64,000 nt of DNA from Cytophagaceae bacterium (lineage in GTDB: Bacteria > Bacteroidota > Bacteroidia > Cytophagales > JAIYAX01), in contig JAIYAX010000023.1 of assembly GCA_027488815.1 (NCBI GenBank), positions 38,910 to 102,909 on the forward strand. Direction: 5' to 3'. A program made the translations under genes and the position numbers. The notes under the pieces are model-generated. The model ran no database searches and was not told the origin of the DNA. It was given only the letters and a program-made list of their open reading frames with translations. Shown here one piece after another: positions 57,039 through 64,000 of this stretch; positions within the stretch are counted from its first letter, which is position 1; each line of letters begins with the position of its first letter.

Positions 57039-58091
57039 TTAATCTACCCAATCTGCAATGAACAAGTTGGTATCCCGTGTTCCACCATTGTTTCTGTTGG
57101 ACGAAAAGACCAGTTTTTTCCCATCAAATGAAAACATCGGAAAGGCATTGAAAATACTCTCATTGGTCACTCGTTCCAGTCCGGTACCATCTGCATTGAT
57201 CAGATATAACTGAAAGTCATAACCCCTCTGACTATGGTGATTGGAAGAAAATATGATTTTTTGACCTGAGGGATGAAAAAAGGGAGCCCAGTTGGCTTTA
57301 CCAAGTTGTGTAACTTGTTTTATGCCGGAACCATCCACATTACAAACATAAATTTCCATGTTGGTAGGGGCTACCAGGTCTTCTTTTAGCAGGTCAATGT
57401 ATTCCTTTACTTCTTCAGGGGTCTTGGGTCTGGAAGCTCTGAATACCAACTGTTTGCCATCAGGTGAAAAGAAAGCTCCTCCGTCATAACCAAGAGCACG
57501 GGTAACCCTTTTCACATCAGAGCCATCGGTTTTCATGGTATACAAATCAAGATCACCATCACGGGTTGAAGTGAATACAATCAGATCACCTTTTGGTGAA
57601 ACGGTTGCTTCGGCATCATATCCCGGACTTTGAGTGAGTTGCTTGATGACTTTGCCCTTTGAGTTAGCAATAAAAATGTCGTAGTCAGAATAAATCTGCC
57701 AAAGGTATTTTTTGTCTGCTCTGGGAGGCACCACATGCGGGCAGCTTTTACCTCCTTTATGTGTTGAGGCGTATAGGATATCCTTGCTGTTGGGCATAAA
57801 ATAGCTACAAGTGGTGCGGCCATCACCGGTGCTGATCAAGGGGGGGCTATACAAACTGTCGCCCGCATTTTTTAAATCGTATTTAAAGATCTGGTCACAT
57901 TCCAGACCCCATTTTTTATTGTTTGATTGAAAGCTGAGGTATTCGTTGTTAAAACTGAAATAGGCTTCTGCATTATCCCCGCCAAAGGTAAGCTGACGCA
58001 TATTTTTCAAATGGGGCTCCTGATCGACGGAAGGTGTTTTAATTGACAGAAAGACGTTTACCAATACGGCAAACCATTGGATCATCAGCAT
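57039..58091 (-). CDS. TolB-like PD40-repeat beta-propeller protein
   Basis: GYDAEATVSP, GYDGGAFFSPDG, WAPFFHP, FPMFS repeats. Confidence 0.88.
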   Translation of the reverse strand: MLMIQWFAVLVNVFLSIKTPSVDQEPHLKNMRQLTFGGDNAEAYFSFNNEYLSFQSNNKKWGLECDQIFKYDLKNAGDSLYSPPLISTGDGRTTCSYFMPNSKDILYASTHKGGKSCPHVVPPRADKKYLWQIYSDYDIFIANSKGKVIKQLTQSPGYDAEATVSPKGDLIVFTSTRDGDLDLYTMKTDGSDVKRVTRALGYDGGAFFSPDGKQLVFRASRPKTPEEVKEYIDLLKEDLVAPTNMEIYVCNVDGSGIKQVTQLGKANWAPFFHPSGQKIIFSSNHHSQRGYDFQLYLINADGTGLERVTNESIFNAFPMFSFDGKKLVFSSNRNNGGTRDTNLFIADWVD

Positions 58092-58154
58092 GAAGTAGTC
58101 AAGTTAAATTCATTCAAACCTAGCAAGCGCAGCTTGTTATTTCCAAATTAGAGC

Positions 58155-58182
58155 AAAAAAAGACCCCGGACTAGCCGGGGTC
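58155..58182 (-). terminator. Terminator of the cold-shock gene
   Basis: GACCCCGG-actag-CCGGGGTC with an A7 run on the plus-strand 5' side (U-tract on minus). Confidence 0.88.
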
Positions 58183-58207
58183 AGAAGCAAATGAGGTAAA
58201 AAAAGAT

Positions 58208-58399
58208 CTATATTTTCTTTACGTTGATTGCATTCAAGCCTTTCTTGCCTTCAGTGATCTCGAAAGATACATTGTCAGCTTCACGGATTTTGTCCACTAG
58301 TCCGGTCACGTGAACGAATATTTCCTGACCGTTAGCGTCCGCCTTGATGAAGCCGAAGCCTTTCGCCTCATTGAAGAATTTTACTTTACCTGTGTTCAT
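58208..58399 (-). CDS. Cold-shock protein (CSD)
   Basis: GKVKFFN..KGFGFI, IFVH; TAGCTTTG box on minus at 58426-58433. Confidence 0.96.
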   Translation of the reverse strand: MNTGKVKFFNEAKGFGFIKADANGQEIFVHVTGLVDKIREADNVSFEITEGKKGLNAINVKKI

Positions 58400-58512
58400 T
58401 GAAATGAAAAATTAATTGATTGTAACAAAGCTAAGGCTAATATCTTAAAAGTCAACCATAAGGAGAAATTTTCATTGCAATTACACTCTTTCCCTATGCT
58501 GGTATTTTGGAT

Positions 58513-58543
58513 ATTGATGACATCAGTCATTTTTTTACCTTTG
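58513..58543 (+). promoter_or_regulatory. Promoter of the USP gene with an internal palindrome
   Basis: ATTG, 19-nt spacer, TACCTTTG; ATGAC-atca-GTCAT at 58517-58530. Confidence 0.65.
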
Positions 58544-58620
58544 ATCCCATACTAGTTTCGTTTAGTCAAATCATCTGGACATACCCAAACGACATTCTTA
58601 CACTAAAATTAAGTAACAAC

Positions 58621-59466
58621 ATGAAAATCAAAAAGATATTGGTGCCAACGGACTTTTCGAAAGAGGCCAATAACGCCTTCAATGTAGCAGTCTCATTGAG
58701 TAAACAACTCGATGCTGAAGTCAGCCTGCTACATGTAATTGATGTTCCGCTGCAAGGATCTGTCAGCCCATCCGGTGAGTATCATTCTCCTGACGGTATG
58801 GATAAGCTCTTTGTGATGAAGCTGGTTGAGAAGGTTCGCCATGATATGGACAAGAAGGCCAAAGCTGCCGGAATCAAAGTGCACAAGCTCATTGACTTTG
58901 ATCGTGCCTATTCCAAAATCGTTGATCTGATCAACAAGCATGAGATGGATTTGGTAGTAATGGGATCAAAGGGTTCATCAGGCTTCAGTGAACTGTTAGT
59001 AGGTTCCAACACCGAGAAAGTTGTGCGTTTGGCGCCCTGCCCGGTGCTGACTGTTAAATCCGAGCAAAAAGACTTTCAGGTTAGAAATGTTGTATTTGCA
59101 TCCAGTTTTACTGAACCGGTCGTAGGGGTAGTAGAGCAACTAATTGATGTTCAGACGATGTTCAATGCAAAATTGCATTTGGTGAAAGTGAATACACCGA
59201 ACAATTTCCAGACGAGCAAGTCAAACTTCAAAAAGATGGAAGACTTCGCAGCTAAATTCAAACTGGAGAATTTCACCACAAACATCTATGACGATGTGAG
59301 TGAAGATGAGGGGATACTGAACTTTGCTGACCATATCAATGCAGACCTGATTGTGATCCCTACCCATGGCCGAACAGGGCTCGCCCACTTGCTTAATGGC
59401 AGCATAGCAGAGGATGTAGTCAACCATTCTGCTAAGCCAGTACTTACCATTCGCACTAAAGTGTAA
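58621..59466 (+). CDS. Tandem-domain universal stress protein
   Basis: KKILVPTDFS, DLVVMGSKG...GSNTEKVV, THGRTG..GSIAEDVV; ATG 58621. Confidence 0.94.
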   Translation: MKIKKILVPTDFSKEANNAFNVAVSLSKQLDAEVSLLHVIDVPLQGSVSPSGEYHSPDGMDKLFVMKLVEKVRHDMDKKAKAAGIKVHKLIDFDRAYSKIVDLINKHEMDLVVMGSKGSSGFSELLVGSNTEKVVRLAPCPVLTVKSEQKDFQVRNVVFASSFTEPVVGVVEQLIDVQTMFNAKLHLVKVNTPNNFQTSKSNFKKMEDFAAKFKLENFTTNIYDDVSEDEGILNFADHINADLIVIPTHGRTGLAHLLNGSIAEDVVNHSAKPVLTIRTKV

Positions 59467-59496
59467 TATAAGGCAAGAACAAAAATCACGAACAAC

Positions 59497-59538
59497 AAAA
59501 AAGGGGCGGTTCCATCAACAGGACCGCCCCTCTGTTTT
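59497..59538. terminator. Probable bidirectional terminator between convergent genes
   Basis: A6-GGGGCGGT..ACCGCCCC-TCTGTTTT. Confidence 0.75.
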
Positions 59539-59552
59539 ATAGCTAAACCAGA

Positions 59553-59966
59553 TTATTTAATCTTGATAGGCATGGAGAGCACCACATTGGTACGCACCGG
59601 AATATTGTTCTCCTGACCGGGAGCATACCTGAGGGTTTTGACAAATTCAGCCAATCGATAACCAATCTCATAGCCAACGTCCTGAAGCACGGTCATGTCG
59701 GATATACTGCTGTCAGTCTCCACATAAAAACTAAGCAAAACCACGCTGTCAATCTTGACCCCACGGTCAATCAGTGCTCTGGCGGTGTCGGTGAATATTA
59801 TTTTTCTGTTAAGTAATTCGTAAAGTTTTGCATCACCATCCGGGAAAAAGGCCTCTGAAGTGCGTATGACCTTGAAATTTTTTCCGGGAGGGTTGGTTTG
59901 TGCAGAGCCTAGCAAAGGGAGCAGTCCGGTAAGCAGCAGCGAAAAGATGAATTTAATACTTTGCAT
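59553..59966 (-). CDS. Exported TonB C-terminal-like domain protein
   Basis: Signal peptide, FPDG..L, VLLSFYVE.D, YAPG...PV. Confidence 0.6.
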   Translation of the reverse strand: MQSIKFIFSLLLTGLLPLLGSAQTNPPGKNFKVIRTSEAFFPDGDAKLYELLNRKIIFTDTARALIDRGVKIDSVVLLSFYVETDSSISDMTVLQDVGYEIGYRLAEFVKTLRYAPGQENNIPVRTNVVLSMPIKIK

Positions 59967-59979
59967 AAGAGATAATGTG

Positions 59980-60870
59980 ATGGTCAGGAGTACAAAGCTA
60001 CAAAATACTCATTTGGGAATAGGGATACCATTTGAAGCAAGTCGGTATTTTATCCTGTTCCTGGTACTGCAACTGTCTACAATCATGCCAGTTGCTGCCT
60101 CAGGGGATGAAGCTGCTTTTCCAAAAGGAGCCAGAGCGGCAGCCTTGGCCAATGCAGCCGTTACACTGGCAGATGAGTGGTCTTTTTTCAATAATATCGC
60201 CGGTATCGCTTCCTTAAAGCAATTTTCAGCAGGTATGGGCTACCACAATCGCTTCCTGATGGCAGAATGGAACACCGTTTATGCCATGGCGATTAAGCCC
60301 ATCAAACATGGTGTGCTGGGGCTTGGAGTAGATCACTTCGGCAATTCAACCTTCTCGCAATCCAGGTTATCCTTTGGCTATGCCATTAAAGTTCGTTTTG
60401 TGAGCCTGGGAGTTCAAGCCAGCCTGAATCAGATATCAGTAGCTGAACTTGGTATGAGCCGAAACTTGCTGTTCCAATTTGGAGGGCAGGCTGAGTTAAT
60501 TCCTGAATTGCATTTTGGGGCTCATATCACCAATTTCAATCAAAGTAAGCTTCGTCCTGAATTGGACGAAAGGCTACCAACAGTGCTAAAAGCCGGGCTG
60601 TCTTATCTTCCAAACAAAAGACTGATGGTCAATGCTGAAGTAGCCAAGGACATTGAGTACCCGGCAGCTTTCCGGTTTGGGGTTGAATATGAACCCCTTG
60701 AAGATGTGTTTTTCGTTCGATTGGGCACCATGACTCAGCCTGCCATCAGTACCGCCGGAGTTGGTTTTTGCCACAAACAATGGATCATTGATTTTGGAAC
60801 CCAGTTTCATCAGCGGTTAGGTTTCAGCAATCACTTAAGCATACTCTTCAGGCTTCAGGACCCTAAATGA
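59980..60870 (+). CDS. Hypothetical outer-membrane beta-barrel (PorV/FadL-like); start uncertain
   Basis: GARAAALANA...WSFFNN.AG N-terminal motif, alternating strands, FGVEY; a TACTTTGC box at 59957-59964 supports ATG 59980. Confidence 0.65.
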   Translation: MVRSTKLQNTHLGIGIPFEASRYFILFLVLQLSTIMPVAASGDEAAFPKGARAAALANAAVTLADEWSFFNNIAGIASLKQFSAGMGYHNRFLMAEWNTVYAMAIKPIKHGVLGLGVDHFGNSTFSQSRLSFGYAIKVRFVSLGVQASLNQISVAELGMSRNLLFQFGGQAELIPELHFGAHITNFNQSKLRPELDERLPTVLKAGLSYLPNKRLMVNAEVAKDIEYPAAFRFGVEYEPLEDVFFVRLGTMTQPAISTAGVGFCHKQWIIDFGTQFHQRLGFSNHLSILFRLQDPK

Positions 60871-62966
60871 TGTTAAGGCATTATTTACTGTTTGTTTTGC
60901 TACTCTTCCTGCCATTTTTTGTGCAAGGGCAGAGCCCCAAAAAGCCGGAGGTTGACCTTGATCTCTTTGTTCAGGAATTGTTTCAGGTACAGGATGAAAA
61001 CATCAATTATGAAGACCTGTATGAAATTCTCTTTCAGTTTTATCGTAACCCGCTAGATCTGAATACTGCTTCCAGAGAGGAATTGCAGTCACTTTACCTG
61101 CTCTCTGAGTTGCAGATCAATCAGTTAAGCAAGCACCTTATTCTGAATGGTAAATTGCTTAATCTCTATGAGTTACAGTCAATCCCCGGCTTTGACCAAG
61201 TGACCATTCAGCGCTTATTGCCTTTTGTGACAGTGGAAGAAGCAGCTCAGGTGATCGATAGCAGAGGACTTTGGCAACGAATGAAAGAGGAGCGTAACCA
61301 CTACCTGATTCTAAGAACGGAAAGGATCATGGAAGAAAAAGTGGGCTATTCCCCGGCAGTTCCCAATAGTAGTGGAGAGCTGCCTCAGCGTTATCAAGGT
61401 AGCCAGTGGAAGCAATATGGACGTTACCGCTGGGCGAGAACCAAAGATTTCAGCTTTGGATTTACCTATGAAAAAGATGCAGGGGAACAATTCAGGTGGG
61501 ATCCGGAAAAAAGGAAGTTTGGCTTTGATTTTTGGTCTTTTCATGCTCAGGTTTATCAGAGAGGCCGTTGGAAAGCCATTGCTCTAGGAGATTACAACAT
61601 CAATTTTGGACAGGGATTGGTCTTTTCTCCAGGTTTTGCCCCGGGAAAGGGAGGGGAAGCCATTAATACAGTCAAGCGCAACAGCCTGGGCATCAGACCC
61701 TACACCTCCGTTTTGGAGTTTAACTATTTCAGGGGAGCAGCTGCCACCTATCAACTGTTTCGCAAGGTGGATGTGACCCTTTTCGGAAGCAGAAGAAGGG
61801 CATCAGGTACAGTTTCGACAGAGCTGGATGGTCAGAATGAAGATGCATTTATTGCCTCATTGCTCAATACCGGCTTTCACAGAAGTCCCTCGGAGCTGGC
61901 CCGGAGATCTTCCATTGAACAGATCGATTGGGGCGGAAACGTACAGTCTTTGTTCAACGGAAACCGGACACAGTTGGGAGCTAATTTCCTGCAGACCAAC
62001 TACGAGCGACCAATTAACAGGGATTTACAGGTGTACAATCAGTTTGACTTTAGTGGCCGAAGCAATACGTTGGTTTCGGGATATGGCACTCATGTTTGGC
62101 AGAATTTTCAATGGTTTGGAGAGTTTGCTCACAACATGCAGCGAGGCAGCGCAGGTGTTGTGGGAATGTTGGTCAGCCTGTCATCAAAGGTTGATCTTGC
62201 AGCACTCTATCGAAATTATTCCAGAAACTATTTCTCGATTTATGGAAATGCATTTGGTGAGCGTAACCGAAACAGCAATGAGGAGGGAATATATTTTGGA
62301 CTAAAAATAAAGCCCAATCGTCGTTGGTCACTTAATGCCTACGCAGATCAGTTCCGCTCTCCCTGGCTGGCCTACCTTGTGGATGCCCCGGCCATTGGAC
62401 AAGAATACCTGATGCGACTCAACTGGCAACCGGTTAAAAAGGTGAATTTCTATTTGCAGTTTAGGTCCGAGAGCAAAGGACGAAACCAGATCGGCAACGA
62501 AGGGCCAACTGACCTCGTGGTGCAAACCCGAAGGCGAAACTTATTGATCAATTTGGATTGGGCATTGGACGATCAGTTCAGTTTAAAAAGCCGGGTGCAG
62601 AGCAGCGATTTCGCCCAGCCCGGTCGCCTGACTCGTGGCTTTGCTATCGTACAAGACCTACAGTACGAATTCCAGAAAATTAGCATCGCAGCACGCTATG
62701 CCATTTTTGATACCGATGATTTTGAAAACCGACAGTATGTTTTCGAGAAAGATGTGCTGTATGCCTTTTCATTCCCCGCCTATTTTGGTAGAGGGTCTCG
62801 TTACTACCTCTTGTTACGCTATGGTCTGGGCAAGCAGCTTGATTTTTGGGTAAAATGGAGTCGATCGACTTTCCGTGATCAGGAAGAGATCAGCTCAGGG
62901 CTGGAACAAATCAATAGAAACACTCGCTCTGAACTCAAGCTGCAGTTGAGATATAAATTCAGATAA
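60867..62966 (+). CDS. ComEA-like helix-hairpin-helix domain protein with a probable C-terminal beta-barrel
   Basis: PLDLNTASREEL..L, ELQSIPGF; EKDAGE, GDY..NFGQGL; ends LRYKFR. Confidence 0.82.
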   Translation: MMLRHYLLFVLLLFLPFFVQGQSPKKPEVDLDLFVQELFQVQDENINYEDLYEILFQFYRNPLDLNTASREELQSLYLLSELQINQLSKHLILNGKLLNLYELQSIPGFDQVTIQRLLPFVTVEEAAQVIDSRGLWQRMKEERNHYLILRTERIMEEKVGYSPAVPNSSGELPQRYQGSQWKQYGRYRWARTKDFSFGFTYEKDAGEQFRWDPEKRKFGFDFWSFHAQVYQRGRWKAIALGDYNINFGQGLVFSPGFAPGKGGEAINTVKRNSLGIRPYTSVLEFNYFRGAAATYQLFRKVDVTLFGSRRRASGTVSTELDGQNEDAFIASLLNTGFHRSPSELARRSSIEQIDWGGNVQSLFNGNRTQLGANFLQTNYERPINRDLQVYNQFDFSGRSNTLVSGYGTHVWQNFQWFGEFAHNMQRGSAGVVGMLVSLSSKVDLAALYRNYSRNYFSIYGNAFGERNRNSNEEGIYFGLKIKPNRRWSLNAYADQFRSPWLAYLVDAPAIGQEYLMRLNWQPVKKVNFYLQFRSESKGRNQIGNEGPTDLVVQTRRRNLLINLDWALDDQFSLKSRVQSSDFAQPGRLTRGFAIVQDLQYEFQKISIAARYAIFDTDDFENRQYVFEKDVLYAFSFPAYFGRGSRYYLLLRYGLGKQLDFWVKWSRSTFRDQEEISSGLEQINRNTRSELKLQLRYKFR

Positions 62967-63039
62967 GGCAGGCTGTGGGAATGTATTTCGGCTAATCCTC
63001 ATAATTTTGTGCCTGCTCTCAGCTCCTCTCAGCTAATTC

Positions 63040-63783
63040 ATGAAGAAACCTCCCTACCAGGCCGTCCTGGATAGTATGTACTACGACCGCCTCGCTGATG
63101 GCGGGCCTATTTATTGCGAAACAGACCTCACTCATACAATCGTTGAGCCGCTCAACGCTTTCTCTGCATTTCTCTTTCTGCTGATTGTTTTCTACTGGTT
63201 CAGAAAAGTACGTCATGATCTGAAAGGTTATGCTTTTCTGGCCATTTCACTTTTTGTGTTACTGGTGGGTGGAGTAGGAGGTACATTGTATCATGCCTTC
63301 CGATTTCATCAGATTTTTCTGCTGATGGACTACCTGCCAATCCTGATATTGGCCTTTAGTGCAGGCATTTACTTTTTTGTGAAGATCATGCCCAAAGGAA
63401 GGTGGTGGGCTGTGTTGGGAATATTCTTGCTGTTCTTGCTCGTACAGCGAGGGATATATGAAATTTTCCCGCCAGGGGTAGGCATCAACCTCAGCTATGG
63501 AGTATTGGCAGTATTTGTCTTGCTGCCGATCATCATTTTTTCAGCGAGAACCAGTTTCTTAAAGTTCCGCTACATCTTGTTTGCAGCCATCGCCTTTGGT
63601 ATTGCCTTGTTCTTTAGAGTAGCTGATATGTGGCAGCATAGGGCGATTGATATCTGTACGCATTGGCTTTGGCATGTGTTCGGTAGTATAGCAAGTCACT
63701 TGGTGATTGGATATGTGTATTATTCTTATGCCATTTCAAAGACACGTGTTTATAAGAAATTTGAAGAGGAAAGAGATCAGTGA
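63040..63783 (+). CDS. CREST superfamily (alkaline ceramidase/hemolysin III-like) membrane protein
   Basis: YCE...EPLNAFS, GTLYHA, D..P, THWLWH; TAATTTTG box at 63002-63009. Confidence 0.75.
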   Translation: MKKPPYQAVLDSMYYDRLADGGPIYCETDLTHTIVEPLNAFSAFLFLLIVFYWFRKVRHDLKGYAFLAISLFVLLVGGVGGTLYHAFRFHQIFLLMDYLPILILAFSAGIYFFVKIMPKGRWWAVLGIFLLFLLVQRGIYEIFPPGVGINLSYGVLAVFVLLPIIIFSARTSFLKFRYILFAAIAFGIALFFRVADMWQHRAIDICTHWLWHVFGSIASHLVIGYVYYSYAISKTRVYKKFEEERDQ

Positions 63784-63828
63784 TTTAAGGCTATCCGTTT
63801 TGAGAGCCTTAGCCAAACTTGAAGTCAA

Positions 63829-64000
63829 ATGATGAAAGCTAATTTGCCGGCCGACAGGGTGCTGTTTTTCAGTGATGCAGTGTTTGCCATCGCCATGACC
63901 TTGCTCATTTTGGAGATAGATTTGCCAACGGTTGCGGAGTTAGAGCACTATAGGATGCTGGAAATACTACGCATTCGAATTCCCCAGTTTATTGGCTTTG
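63829..64000 (+). CDS. TMEM175 family K+ channel, partial (runs off the window end)
   Basis: Not in the ORF track. MMKANLPADRVLFFSDAVFAIAMTLLILEI carries the RxxxFSD signature. Confidence 0.85.
   Translation, partial: MMKANLPADRVLFFSDAVFAIAMTLLILEIDLPTVAELEHYRMLEILRIRIPQFIGF

Overview
Chromosomal window from a Bacteroidota bacterium, probably Cytophagales (inferred from repeated TAnnTTTG promoter boxes, a T9SS-type cargo, long-form IspG and the alternative complex III locus). Most of it is housekeeping: tamB (partial), tsaD, smpB, rpsA, tRNA-Cys, a complete actABCDEF + aa3 oxidase + assembly-factor cluster, tex, mlaEF, ispG and leuS. The main anomaly is a ~3.1 kb island at 47.1-50.2 kb with no integrase or transposase. 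It contains at least three families of REP-like hairpins, including a ~245 bp element with terminal inverted repeats present twice. The hairpins separate AT-rich orphan membrane genes and three toxin-antitoxin modules, and two toxins are cut almost exactly at a hairpin. Next to it, a PTPS-II/FolE/atypical SDR/flavin reductase pterin operon is divergent from a carotenoid desaturase-like gene and alkB, with four 11-bp-phased ACA repeats between them that resemble a CarH-type operator. Also notable: an AT-rich 121-aa segment in the leucine-specific domain of LeuS, and an AT-rich Schlafen/AlbA_2 gene behind mlaEF. All calls come from manual motif recognition; no database searches were run.
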